Assembly: GCA_903825105.1 (NCBI GenBank)
Contig: CAIJZI010000005.1
Span: 18,821 to 82,820, forward strand
Direction: 5' to 3'
DNA length: 64,000 nucleotides
Origin: an uncultured bacterium
GTDB taxonomy: Bacteria; Patescibacteriota; Minisyncoccia; Phycocordibacterales; Phycocordibacteraceae
Both the position numbers and the translations under genes were made by a program. Of this stretch, positions 28,511-38,226 are shown piece by piece (position 1 is the first letter of the stretch; each line of letters begins with the position of its first letter). The notes under the pieces were generated by a model that made no database searches, was not told where the DNA came from, and saw nothing but the letters and a program-made list of their open reading frames with translations.

Positions 28511-30872
28511 AGAATTACAAAAGAAAATAGTGCTCCTTGATACGCATGCGATAATCCATCGCGCTTATCACGCCTTACCGCAGGATTTTACGGGCCCAAA
28601 TGGTGCCCCAACCGGCGCTTTGTACGGTCTTGTTTCGATGCTTTTAAAAATAATCACCGATCTCTCTCCTGATTATATCGTCGCGTGCTACGACCTGCCG
28701 AAGCCAACCATCCGTCACGAAGCGTATGCTGACTATAAGGGTACACGCACAAAAACAGATGATGCGTTGTCACTCCAGATTCAAGAATCGCGCAAAATCT
28801 TTGAAGTTTTTTCGATTCCACTGTATGAAAAAGAAGGTTTTGAGGCAGACGATCTGCTTGGCACCATTGCTTTTAAATTAAAAGAAGATAAAAATACACA
28901 AGTCATTATTGCTTCGGGCGATATGGATACGCTCCAGCTCGTCGAAGGTAAAAAAGTGTGTGTTTACACGCTAAAAAAGGGCATACACGACACTATTTTG
29001 TATGATGAAAAAGCGGTAGAAGCGCGATTTAATTTCTCACCGACGCTTATTCCTGATTGGAAAGGCCTCCGTGGTGACCCCTCTGACAACATAAAAGGTA
29101 TCCCCGGCATTGGAGAAAAGACGGCCACTGAACTCATAACCAATTTCGGTTCAATTGAGAAAATATATACTGTCCTTAAAAAAGGAGATGATGCATTTAT
29201 AAAAAAAGGAATTAAAACGCGTATCATCACTCTCTTAAAAGAACACGAAGAAGATGCGCGATTTTCAAAATCGCTCGCGACGATTCGGCTCGACGCGCCG
29301 ATCGCATTTCATTTGCCCGAACACTCGTGGCGCGAGTCGGTTCATATAGAAAAAGTTTTTAACATTTTTGATGAATTTGGATTTAGATCGCTTCGAGAGC
29401 GAGCGCGCACAACGCTTGGTGTTCGTGAGCGAGAAGATTTTGTCGAGCCAGAACCAGAAATGGTAGACGCTACTCATTTTTCTGAAGCGCAGATTATGCT
29501 CTGGCTTATTTCTTCAGAATTTACGAACCCTTCGCTTGATGACATTCTCGCTTTTACCAAAGAGCGCACCTTTGATCCAGCTTATAAAGAACTTTTTAAA
29601 CAAATATCAGAAGAAGGGGAGATGCTCGAGGTATACGAAAAAATAGAAAAGCCGCTCATACCGATCGTGCGAGCGATGACCATTTGTGGCATTTCTGTCG
29701 ATCCGGAAGTTTTAAAAGATTTGTCAAAAAAATATGGCGCAGAACTCGAGCGCCTCGAAAAAGAAATTTATAAAATCGCTGGTCACGAATTTAATATTAA
29801 TTCGCCACAACAACTCGGCGTGGTGCTCTTCGATGAATTAAAAATAATTCCCGAACGGCAGAAAAAGACGGCGGGTGGTGCGCGCTCAACGCGCGAGAGC
29901 GAGCTCGAAAAAATTCGTGAAGCAAACCCTATTGTCCCAGCAATTCTTGATTACCGAGAATTGAAGAAACTCCTCTCCACCTATATTGAAAATCTCCAAC
30001 ATTTACTTGATGAAAATGGTCGTCTCCACGCAGAATTTATACAGACCGGTACAACAACAGGGCGCCTCACTTCACAAAATCCAAACCTTCAAAACATCCC
30101 GATCCAATCAGAGCGCGGGCAGGCAATACGACACGCTTTTGTCGCATCTGAAGGATATAAACTCGTATCGCTAGATTATTCACAAATAGAACTACGAATC
30201 GCAGCGATTCTTTCGGGTGATGAAAACTTGTGCGAAATATTTCGTGCCAGTCGCGATGTTCACACTGAAGTTGCTGCACGCGTATTTCATGTGTCGTCAG
30301 AACAAGTAGATGCTGAGATGCGTCGAAGAGCCAAGGTAATTAACTTCGGTATTCTTTATGGAATGGGCATAAACGCACTTCGCGCGCAGTTAAAGACTAC
30401 TACTGCAGAGGCGCATACCTTCTATGAAGAATACTTTGAACAATTTAAAACGCTGTCAGACTATCTCGAGAGCACTAAAGGCTTTGCGCGTAAAAATGGC
30501 TATACCGAAACGCTTTTTGGTCGTCGTCGCCAATTCCCGGAGATGAAATCAACTCTTCCTTATGTGCGCGCTCAAGCAGAGCGAATGGCGATTAATGCGC
30601 CGATACAAGGAACCCAAGCAGACATCATTAAGCTCGCGATGGTACGCGTACACGAAATGCTGGAGAAAAAATATAAAAAGAGCGACGCGAATCTTCTCCT
30701 TACTGTGCACGACGAATTGGTATATGAAGTCCGCGACGCGCTTGTAGAAGAAATCAGTGATGAAATTAAAAAAATTATGGAATCCATTTTACCTCTTGAA
30801 GAAACGCGTGGCGTCCCGCTTATCACAACGATGAAAAAGGGCCCGAACTGGGGCTCAATGGAAACAGTATGA
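28503..30872 (+). CDS. polA: DNA polymerase I
   Basis: 789 aa; 5'-3' exonuclease N-domain and family A polymerase motifs (DYSQIELR, RRxxKxxNFGxxYG, HDE). Confidence 0.9.
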   Translation: MTKELQKKIVLLDTHAIIHRAYHALPQDFTGPNGAPTGALYGLVSMLLKIITDLSPDYIVACYDLPKPTIRHEAYADYKGTRTKTDDALSLQIQESRKIFEVFSIPLYEKEGFEADDLLGTIAFKLKEDKNTQVIIASGDMDTLQLVEGKKVCVYTLKKGIHDTILYDEKAVEARFNFSPTLIPDWKGLRGDPSDNIKGIPGIGEKTATELITNFGSIEKIYTVLKKGDDAFIKKGIKTRIITLLKEHEEDARFSKSLATIRLDAPIAFHLPEHSWRESVHIEKVFNIFDEFGFRSLRERARTTLGVREREDFVEPEPEMVDATHFSEAQIMLWLISSEFTNPSLDDILAFTKERTFDPAYKELFKQISEEGEMLEVYEKIEKPLIPIVRAMTICGISVDPEVLKDLSKKYGAELERLEKEIYKIAGHEFNINSPQQLGVVLFDELKIIPERQKKTAGGARSTRESELEKIREANPIVPAILDYRELKKLLSTYIENLQHLLDENGRLHAEFIQTGTTTGRLTSQNPNLQNIPIQSERGQAIRHAFVASEGYKLVSLDYSQIELRIAAILSGDENLCEIFRASRDVHTEVAARVFHVSSEQVDAEMRRRAKVINFGILYGMGINALRAQLKTTTAEAHTFYEEYFEQFKTLSDYLESTKGFARKNGYTETLFGRRRQFPEMKSTLPYVRAQAERMAINAPIQGTQADIIKLAMVRVHEMLEKKYKKSDANLLLTVHDELVYEVRDALVEEISDEIKKIMESILPLEETRGVPLITTMKKGPNWGSMETV

Positions 30873-31528
30873 TCTATTTATTTTACGGAACCGACACAGA
30901 AAAAGTTCGAAAAAATGCTTTTGAATGGATTGCTGCCGCGCGCGCGAAAGAGCCGAACCTCGCATACGCGCACATTTCTGGCGCTGAATTAACCTCCAAC
31001 ACAATCGAAGACGCGGCTTCTTCTGGAGGGCTTTTTGTGAAGCGGCTTCTTATATTAATCGACGATCCTTTTCAAGAAGAAGATTCGGCAGAAATTATTG
31101 AGAAAAATATGAATGCGCTCGCTGATTCAGATAATGCGATTATTATTCTCGCGCCGAAACTCACTGCAGCAAAAGCGAAAAAAATTAGTGCGAAAGCGAA
31201 GAAGGTGTATGTGCATGATATAAAAACTGCTACTGGGAAAAACGAGCGCGGATTTAATTCAAATCTCGTGAACGCGCTCGCTGCGAGGAATCGCGAAAAG
31301 CTCTGGCTCGAGATTAACCGCGCGCTTCGAGAAGGTGATGCGGCTGAGATGCTGCATGGGCTGCTCCATTGGAAAGCACGCGATTTGATGGAGAAGGGGA
31401 GTCGAGCATGGACTCAAAATGAATCGCGCCAGTTATCACTTGATCTCATCGCCCTTTTGCAAAAGTCGCGTAGTAGCGACGGGCTCGAATTAGCCGAATC
31501 GCTCGAAAAATTCGCACTATCGATTTGA
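30869..31528 (+). CDS. holA: DNA polymerase III delta subunit-like protein
   Basis: N-terminal IYLFYGTD pattern typical of HolA; overlaps polA stop. Confidence 0.5.
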   Translation: MIYLFYGTDTEKVRKNAFEWIAAARAKEPNLAYAHISGAELTSNTIEDAASSGGLFVKRLLILIDDPFQEEDSAEIIEKNMNALADSDNAIIILAPKLTAAKAKKISAKAKKVYVHDIKTATGKNERGFNSNLVNALAARNREKLWLEINRALREGDAAEMLHGLLHWKARDLMEKGSRAWTQNESRQLSLDLIALLQKSRSSDGLELAESLEKFALSI

Positions 31529-31546
31529 GGTATATAATTCAAAAAC

Positions 31547-31936
31547 ATGAAAAAATACGAGCAAGAGATAAGGAAATATCTAAAAGAACGGAAATGGGAT
31601 AATTTGCGTCCAGCAGATCTCGCAAAATCTATATCGATAGAATCAGCTGAATTGCTCGAACTTTTCCAGTGGGAGAATAAAAGTCTTGAAGAAATTAAAA
31701 AAGATAAAGAAAAAGTTGAGGCAATTAAGAAAGAATTAGCAGACGTGCTTCTTTATTGTTTTGACATGAGTGTTCTTTTGAAACTTGATACCGGAAAAAT
31801 TATTTTAGAAAAACTTAAAAAAGTAAAAGAAAAATACCCAGCACATTTATTCAAAAATAGAGACAAAAATGTTGATGCAGGTTCAGAAGAAATTTATTGG
31901 AAAATCAAAAAAGAACACAGAATGAAAGGTAAATAA
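31547..31936 (+). CDS. MazG-like nucleotide pyrophosphohydrolase
   Basis: 129 aa; ESAELLELFQW and ELADVLLYCFDM helices typical of the all-alpha NTP-PPase (MazG) fold. Confidence 0.65.
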   Translation: MKKYEQEIRKYLKERKWDNLRPADLAKSISIESAELLELFQWENKSLEEIKKDKEKVEAIKKELADVLLYCFDMSVLLKLDTGKIILEKLKKVKEKYPAHLFKNRDKNVDAGSEEIYWKIKKEHRMKGK

Positions 31937-31940
31937 TTTG

Positions 31941-32013
31941 TGCGCCCAGGTGGACTCGAACCACCGACCAACGGCTTAAAAGACCGCTGCTCTACCAGCT
32001 GAGCTATGGGCGC
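31941..32013 (-). tRNA. tRNA-Lys (anticodon TTT)
   Basis: cloverleaf folds: acceptor gcgccca/tgggcgc, anticodon loop cTTTTaa, T-loop ttcgagt. Confidence 0.85.
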
Positions 32014-32047
32014 GTATTCGTAATTTACCTCTTATTTATGATTTTTT

Positions 32048-32974
32048 CTAGTAGCTAAATGCATCTACCGTTTTTCCACTCGCGTCGAGCAGTTTTACCA
32101 ATTCATTTTTTGTTCGCCATATCGAGTTGGTATGGCCTAAATAAACTCGCCAGACAGTACCTTCAAAATCAGCATCTTTTTGGTGTGTGGTTAAACAGCC
32201 GTTGTAGTTCAAATAATTTGCCACAAAACTTTGGCAGGCGCTCGTGATGCCGACCGGCGGAGTGAGAGCGGTCTGGCATCTATTTAATTTATTAACATAC
32301 TCAATACAGACACTGTCGCGAATATAATAATTGCCATAGTTCGCGAGAAGTTCGTCTGATGGAGAAGGGCACACTTGTGGCAGCACCGGATAAAAATTCT
32401 GGAATGAGCTAAAGTAGCCGATGCACTTATTCTCTTTAAACGAGGCGCCGATGGGCGATCGCCCAGAAATAAGAATGGCCTTTTCTCCGGGAGTTAACAC
32501 AATGTCCTGTGCCTCATTTATCACTCCAGAAGTTGGTGTCTCTGTTCCTTTTGGGATAACTGCTCCATTTCCCGTAGCGCCGCTGGTAATCGTCCAGCCA
32601 GTAATATCTACTGGAACATTCGCTGTGTCTGAAACAGATAATTCAACATATTCATTTGAAGGTTCTGAAGACCCCGCGCCAGAAACAGATTCGCTCATCA
32701 TCACGATCCCACGATAAATCGAAGGAGACCCGTAAAGTGCGCCGCCGACAAGAGACGGGACATTTGTGCTAGAACCATTTTGGACACTCCAACTACTCCC
32801 GCCGATACTAAATGGGGCAATAGGGAAACTTAAGTAAGTGCCGGTCCCAAGAGATTTTGGCAACGATAATGTCGGGCCCGTAAAAGCGATTGGATGTTTC
32901 GGACCGCCGATAATAACCCATATAACAAATATGAATGCGAATATGCCGATAAAAAACCACGCATCGTGCTCCAT
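32048..32974 (-). CDS. membrane-anchored protein with lamin-tail-like domain
   Basis: N-terminal TM; NEYVELSVSDTANVPVDITGWTI resembles LTD core (EYVEL..GW). Confidence 0.45.
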   Translation of the reverse strand: MEHDAWFFIGIFAFIFVIWVIIGGPKHPIAFTGPTLSLPKSLGTGTYLSFPIAPFSIGGSSWSVQNGSSTNVPSLVGGALYGSPSIYRGIVMMSESVSGAGSSEPSNEYVELSVSDTANVPVDITGWTITSGATGNGAVIPKGTETPTSGVINEAQDIVLTPGEKAILISGRSPIGASFKENKCIGYFSSFQNFYPVLPQVCPSPSDELLANYGNYYIRDSVCIEYVNKLNRCQTALTPPVGITSACQSFVANYLNYNGCLTTHQKDADFEGTVWRVYLGHTNSIWRTKNELVKLLDASGKTVDAFSY

Positions 32975-33067
32975 ACAGGTATAGTAGCAGAGAGAAAGGT
33001 CTTTACAATAAAAAGTGAGCAGGGTAGCTTAACTACGGAAGTGATCTTTTAACGGGGAGGGGAATAA

Positions 33068-33793
33068 ATGAGAAATGGAAGAGCCTATCCGAAAGGATAT
33101 CGGTACATTCCGATCGAAAGCCAAATAAGCACACTCTCTAATCTGTTTGGCGTAGACGATCGACCTGCACTCGGTTATTCAAAAAACACGGGGCGCCCCC
33201 CGTCGGATGGATTGTTTGCTGTGTTGAGGAGTGGAGCGTTTTCTCCTTCCTCTCATCATTTTGCAGAAATTTATCAAAACGTTTGCAAGTCTGTCGCAAG
33301 AGAGATAGGAGTCAAGGTTTTAGGAACGAGCATCTCATCTTTTATCAGATTTGCACACACAAGAAACACGCTCGAAGAAATCGCTGAGATTCAGAATGGC
33401 AGCGACATTCTGATAATCAGTGCCCAACTTGGTCTCGAGCGCTGTGGCCAGTCGGTGGATTACGCCAGGAAAGATTGCTCGATAAGCCGGCGCGGCGAAT
33501 TCTGTCTCGGCACCTTGGAACTACTCTCGATCGCCATAACTCATCCGCATCGCTTTTCAGATAACGAAGGGCTTGGTGTTGATTGTGCTGGCGATTCAGC
33601 AGACAAGCACGGATTCCCAGCATCTCCGGTATTAAGACCTTTAGGGAACGGAGATCTTGTATTGTCGTCATGCTTTTCAGATGGGACGAGTGATATTTAC
33701 GGGGTTCCAACTGGTTTTTTCTCTCCGGCGGCACAACGCTCGGTTGAACTTAAAAGGAAAGGCAGGTTACCAAAACTCGCCTTCGCTGTATGA
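33068..33793 (+). CDS. hypothetical protein, tandem paralog 1 (THPxRF / CAG[DE] motifs)
   Basis: 241 aa; GGGGAGGGG RBS; aligns with the downstream ORF over several motifs; locally GC-rich. Confidence 0.5.
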   Translation: MRNGRAYPKGYRYIPIESQISTLSNLFGVDDRPALGYSKNTGRPPSDGLFAVLRSGAFSPSSHHFAEIYQNVCKSVAREIGVKVLGTSISSFIRFAHTRNTLEEIAEIQNGSDILIISAQLGLERCGQSVDYARKDCSISRRGEFCLGTLELLSIAITHPHRFSDNEGLGVDCAGDSADKHGFPASPVLRPLGNGDLVLSSCFSDGTSDIYGVPTGFFSPAAQRSVELKRKGRLPKLAFAV

Positions 33794-33921
33794 ACAAGAA
33801 TTTATAGGCAGTCACTTTATGTGGCTGCCTATTTTCTTATTTTCCGCAACAATAGTGTGTCTTGATAATTGTCATCTTGTACGTTAATTTGCAGGAGGAC
33901 AGAAGCTCTTTAGGAGGCGAA

Positions 33922-34686
33922 ATGAATACTATCAGAACGCAGATCAAAAATCTCGCAGAGATTTTTGACTTAGATCCGCGTCCGGCACGTGCTTTCGCGA
34001 TGGAGTTGCCGGATATTCCAGATGGCGCAGAGGCGTGGGTCGCGCGTCCAGCGATTGAGGCGTTGCAGAGGAACTACTTTCCTCAAATAAACGACCCGGA
34101 CAAAATGCACTGTCGGGGCATCGAGCTTGTATTGTCGAAGATCCAGGAACACCGGGAGCTTCATAATCAATTCCACTCTCGACTCGAGAGAGTAATAAAA
34201 CCGAACCAGTTGCGAATTCATTCGCGCACGGTGCCATTTTTGGATCAAATCGCACAGGCTCAAAAAGGTGACATCCAAATCATCGCGGTTCAACTCGGGC
34301 GACTCTATTGTGAAGAATCCGTTTCAGATGCTCGGTTGAGTTTTTTCGAAAACGAATTCGGTCTGGACAGCATAACAGTGGGTTCTGTCATACTGACTCA
34401 TCCTAGGAGATTCATTAACATGGATGATCGGTATGTTTTCTGCGCCGGAGAAGAGTGCTGTGGTGAGCATATAGAATTCAAAAATTGCCCGTCGTTTGAC
34501 CAGTTTCTTTCCCGTAGTGGGGGGGGGATCAGCTGTATCAGTTACGGTTATGGCGGCATCCACTACAAAAGTTCTTTCTATGGGGCGGCCTCGGGATTTG
34601 TCCCGGAATTGCGCGCGACAAAAGGTAAGCGCGTAAGATCTTGGAAGATTCCTATCCCTATGCGTACACAACCCGTTTTCGCTTAA
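33922..34686 (+). CDS. hypothetical protein, tandem paralog 2
   Basis: ATG 33922 after AGGAGG; shares LxxxFxxDxRPA, QxGxDIxIIAxQLG, ILTHPxRF, CAG motifs with 33068..33793. Confidence 0.5.
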   Translation: MNTIRTQIKNLAEIFDLDPRPARAFAMELPDIPDGAEAWVARPAIEALQRNYFPQINDPDKMHCRGIELVLSKIQEHRELHNQFHSRLERVIKPNQLRIHSRTVPFLDQIAQAQKGDIQIIAVQLGRLYCEESVSDARLSFFENEFGLDSITVGSVILTHPRRFINMDDRYVFCAGEECCGEHIEFKNCPSFDQFLSRSGGGISCISYGYGGIHYKSSFYGAASGFVPELRATKGKRVRSWKIPIPMRTQPVFA

Positions 34687-34703
34687 AAACAGGGCTATCT
34701 AAA

Positions 34704-35987
34704 TCAGATAGCCCTGTTGTTTTTTAATTTTTCTAATTCTTCCCGTACGACAGTTGCATCGCTCCAGGGAGTTTTAGAACCATGAGAACCCATTATAAAA
34801 GGGTCAGTGCCTTTGCCAGAAATCAAAACAGCGTCGCCAGAGCGCGCCGCGCGAAGCGCGGCGTGTATCGCTTCTCTTCTATCCATAATAATTTCTGGCA
34901 CGCGAGACATTCCGCCCGCTATATCATTAATAATTTTTTCTGGATCTTCGTCATATGGATCTTCATTGGTGAGAATAACTTTTCCGCAACACTCGTCCGC
35001 AATTTTGCCCATCTCTGGCCTTTTCCAAGAATCGCGTCCTCCGCCGGTGCTGCCAAGCACACAGATCTTTTTGTGATTTGCGAACGCGCCATACAGAGCC
35101 TGAAGTGAATCGGGTGTGTGTGCATAATCAACAACGGCGATAAAATCTTGACCCATATCAATTCGCTCCACACGACCACGCACCACAGGAAGATTTTTTA
35201 ATGCCGCTGACGCTGCCGAGAGAGAAATACCAAATGCCTCGCAGAGTTTTATTGTCGCGAGCGCATTCATCGCATTAAAAACGCCTGGGATCGGCAGTGA
35301 GAAATGAGTATCGGCATAATCAAATGCAATACTGCTATCATCGCTCGAAACATTTTTAAGTTCCTGCTTGCTAAACCCGATTGCTTTTGAAACTTTTGAA
35401 GAAAGAAATTCGCGGCTTTCGAGGGCATCTTCATTCGCGACGAGAATTTTAGAATGTTTTGGAGAGTTCGCGAGTGTTTCAACTATTTTTCTTTTTGCGG
35501 CAACATACTTTTCAAATGAGCCGTGGCTCTCAATGTGCTCACGCTGGATGTTTGTCACAATAAGTCCATCAAGATACAAAAATAAATTGCGATATTGCAA
35601 GACACTTTCAGAAGTCACTTCAATCACCATGTGCGTACAGCCAGCCTTCAAAGCGCGACGCATAAATGCTTGTGCGAAGCCGCGCCCTTGGAGCGTCATT
35701 TTGTACAAATTTTGTTCAGAATTATCTTCAATAGCGAAGCGAATGGTAGAAATAAGCGCTGTTTTGTATCCCGCTTTTCGCAATACGGCAAAAAGCATTT
35801 CAGCCGTTGTCGATTTTCCTTTTGTTCCTGTAACACCGATAACGGTGAGCTTTTTAGCAGGGAAGCCATAAGCGAATGCCATAACATAAGCGAGAACGCA
35901 GTGGTACGCTGGCAAAAGTGGACGAACGATGCTTTTTGGGAGAATCTTTTTTAAAATCTTGACGACAATATTTATAAATTTGTACAT
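34704..35987 (-). CDS. Mur ligase family protein (MurE/MurF-like) with N-terminal membrane extension
   Basis: GVTGTKGKSTT P-loop, Mur ligase middle and C-terminal domains. Confidence 0.7.
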   Translation of the reverse strand: MYKFINIVVKILKKILPKSIVRPLLPAYHCVLAYVMAFAYGFPAKKLTVIGVTGTKGKSTTAEMLFAVLRKAGYKTALISTIRFAIEDNSEQNLYKMTLQGRGFAQAFMRRALKAGCTHMVIEVTSESVLQYRNLFLYLDGLIVTNIQREHIESHGSFEKYVAAKRKIVETLANSPKHSKILVANEDALESREFLSSKVSKAIGFSKQELKNVSSDDSSIAFDYADTHFSLPIPGVFNAMNALATIKLCEAFGISLSAASAALKNLPVVRGRVERIDMGQDFIAVVDYAHTPDSLQALYGAFANHKKICVLGSTGGGRDSWKRPEMGKIADECCGKVILTNEDPYDEDPEKIINDIAGGMSRVPEIIMDRREAIHAALRAARSGDAVLISGKGTDPFIMGSHGSKTPWSDATVVREELEKLKNNRAI

Positions 35988-35996
35988 AAATAATTT

Positions 35997-36542
35997 TTAA
36001 TTACCTGAAGAAAGTGCTGCTTTGAGGCGTTTATCTTTACCGACCTGATCATCGGGGATCGCTTGGAGCGCTTTACGCGCTTCGCGCTCGGTGTAACCAA
36101 GCGCGACAAGCGTGTCGAACACTTCATTGTCCGCAGAGTCGTGTGCGTGCGCGCCAACCTTCTCTGCGAGCTCTATCAGCATTTTTTCTGCACTCTTTTT
36201 CCCGAGCCCAACTACCTTTGTTAAGTACTGGAGATCTCTTTTACCAATCGCTCCCTCAAGCGCTTCGCGCGGGGAGCGGCGCATAATACTAAGCGCAGTC
36301 TTAGGTCCAATGCCAGAAACAGAAATAATAAGTTCGAAGAAGTCGCGCTCGTTGGCGTCGATGAATCCATAAAGATCAACACCGTCCTGCTTCACAGCCA
36401 GATGCGTCGCGAGAGTCGCTTCTGTACCCACTTCAATTTTTTGTGGATTCGCGAGATAGACCTCGATACCGAAGCCGGCGACTTCAACAATAGCGCTTGT
36501 TATCTCGGCTGAGAGTACCTTGCCGCGTATTTGCCTGATCAT
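35997..36542 (-). CDS. ruvA: Holliday junction DNA helicase subunit RuvA
   Basis: MIRQIRGKV... OB domain, two HhH motifs (GIGPKTA). Confidence 0.85.
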   Translation of the reverse strand: MIRQIRGKVLSAEITSAIVEVAGFGIEVYLANPQKIEVGTEATLATHLAVKQDGVDLYGFIDANERDFFELIISVSGIGPKTALSIMRRSPREALEGAIGKRDLQYLTKVVGLGKKSAEKMLIELAEKVGAHAHDSADNEVFDTLVALGYTEREARKALQAIPDDQVGKDKRLKAALSSGN

Positions 36543-36608
36543 CCATCTATCATACCGCCATTTGCATTTTTTGCGTAAAACTTGTACGATGCATCCATCA
36601 ACTAATTT

Positions 36609-36875
36609 ATGGCAATAACCAAATCGGCAAAAAGAGCAATTCGATCTTCTGACAAGAAGCGTGTTTTTAATCTCCGACGCAAGAATGCGCTTACGGACAC
36701 TACAAAAGCAATCACCAAGGCGCTCACAACGAAAGATGTTAAGGGGGCAGAGAAGCTTCTCTCAGGAGCCTATAAAGCAATCGACAAAGCCTGCAAAAAC
36801 GGCGTTATTAAGAAAAATACAGCAAGTCGCAAAAAGTCGCGCCTCGCCCTCGCGATTAAAAAGGCAAAAGGTTAA
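36609..36875 (+). CDS. rpsT: 30S ribosomal protein S20
   Basis: MAITKSAKRAIRSSDKKR... 88 aa. Confidence 0.9.
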   Translation: MAITKSAKRAIRSSDKKRVFNLRRKNALTDTTKAITKALTTKDVKGAEKLLSGAYKAIDKACKNGVIKKNTASRKKSRLALAIKKAKG

Positions 36876-36877
36876 TT

Positions 36878-36951
36878 GGTGCTCCTGCCAGGAATCGAAC
36901 CTGGATTTCTTCCTTCGCAGGGAAGTGTCCTATCCGTTGAACGACAGGAGC
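36878..36951 (-). tRNA. tRNA-Arg (anticodon reads GCG) with encoded CCA
   Basis: acceptor gctcctg/caggagc, anticodon stem cttcc/ggaag with loop cTGCGaa, T-loop ttcgatt, CCA end. Confidence 0.65.
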
Positions 36952-37045
36952 GTAGTGAGGAAATGCGACTGCACGTCCTTGTGTAGGCGGATTCTCCGAA
37001 CGAGCTCATGTATGCCTACATACAGGAGCAATAAATAAAGGTATA

Positions 37046-37519
37046 TCAGAAACCGAGCCAAGCCGCCACTAGATCAGAGAAGGTGTGCGGATGTTCCTTC
37101 TCGTCAACACTCTTAAGAAAGTGGAGATACACCACATCCGCATCAACACCCTCAAGCGGGATTATTAGGTGTGGCGAGAGCCAAGTATTATTTTTAATAG
37201 AAAGAAGAGGAGGGAATTCACCCTCGATATCTTCGAGAACAGAAAAAGAAATCATCTTTTCAAAAGGGTGCAATTCTTCGCCAATCATAATTCCTTTATC
37301 TATCAACTTGAAACGGTGGAGTGGAGGGTGTTTGGCAGCGTGAATGGCGATAACTAGAGCGGCGACAACCACAAGAACGGCAGGCAGATATTGGGCAAAA
37401 AGAACGAGTGCTATGGTAATCGCTATAGCGATAATCCATAAAGCGACATACCAATCGGTGCTTTTTGGGTTGTGATCATATTCTCGTCCCTCCCATTCAA
37501 CAATTTCATCTCGTGGCAT
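37046..37519 (-). CDS. hypothetical membrane protein
   Basis: 157 aa, two adjacent TM helices; no family recognised. Confidence 0.4.
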   Translation of the reverse strand: MPRDEIVEWEGREYDHNPKSTDWYVALWIIAIAITIALVLFAQYLPAVLVVVAALVIAIHAAKHPPLHRFKLIDKGIMIGEELHPFEKMISFSVLEDIEGEFPPLLSIKNNTWLSPHLIIPLEGVDADVVYLHFLKSVDEKEHPHTFSDLVAAWLGF

Positions 37520-37600
37520 ACCACAAGTATATCACTCAACTCTATTGCGAAGCGGGGCATATGGATATATAAGTGACTTATTGTACATAATTAAAATAAA

Positions 37601-38143
37601 ATGATTCCCACAAAAGTATTTTTAACAAAAGGAGTTGGCGTTCATAAAGATAAGCTCGCGAGTTTCGAATTCGCCCTACGGAATGCGGGTATAGAGAAAT
37701 GTAATCTCGTGTATGTTTCAAGTATCTTTCCACCAAAAGCGAAGATTATTTCAAAAGAGAAGGGCATTCAAGAATTGAATGCGGGGCAGATCACTTTTTG
37801 TGTAATGTCGCGAAATGAGACGAATGAGCCGAGTCGTAGAGTCTCATCTTCAGTTGGGCTCGCTATGCCGAGCGACAATACGCACTATGGCTACCTATCT
37901 GAGCACCACTCTTTTGGTGAAAAGGGAGAAGTCGCTGGAGAATATGCAGAAGACCTCGCGGCGACGATGCTCGCGACGACGCTGGGCGTAGAGTTTAACG
38001 CTGACTCGGCGTGGAGCGAACGCGAACAAGTCTATAAACAATCTGGGCATATCTTCAAGACGACCAACATCACTGCCTCTGCAGAAGGGGATAAGGACGG
38101 CCACTGGACAACCGTCATTTCTGCCGCGGTTCTCTTGCCATAA
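37601..38143 (+). CDS. pdaD: pyruvoyl-dependent arginine decarboxylase (PdaD family)
   Basis: FLTKGVG...[11 protein letters not shown] matches PdaD self-cleavage region (Ser-Ser), 180 aa. Confidence 0.7.
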   Translation: MIPTKVFLTKGVGVHKDKLASFEFALRNAGIEKCNLVYVSSIFPPKAKIISKEKGIQELNAGQITFCVMSRNETNEPSRRVSSSVGLAMPSDNTHYGYLSEHHSFGEKGEVAGEYAEDLAATMLATTLGVEFNADSAWSEREQVYKQSGHIFKTTNITASAEGDKDGHWTTVISAAVLLP

Positions 38144-38158
38144 GTTATTCGGCATAAA

Positions 38159-38193
38159 GCTTGACATAAGCGATTATTCGCGTATATTTATGC
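38159..38193 (+). promoter_or_regulatory. sigma70-like promoter TTGACA-N16-TATATT upstream of 38227 gene
   Basis: consensus -35 and near-consensus -10 read directly. Confidence 0.4.
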
Positions 38194-38226
38194 TTGGAAA
38201 CAGGGTCTTTTTGAAAGGGGCATGAA

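Noticed and set aside
34782-35954. ORFs antisense to the Mur ligase gene (34782..35108, 35368..35871, 35595..35954)
   Set aside because: They are shadow ORFs inside a conserved gene.
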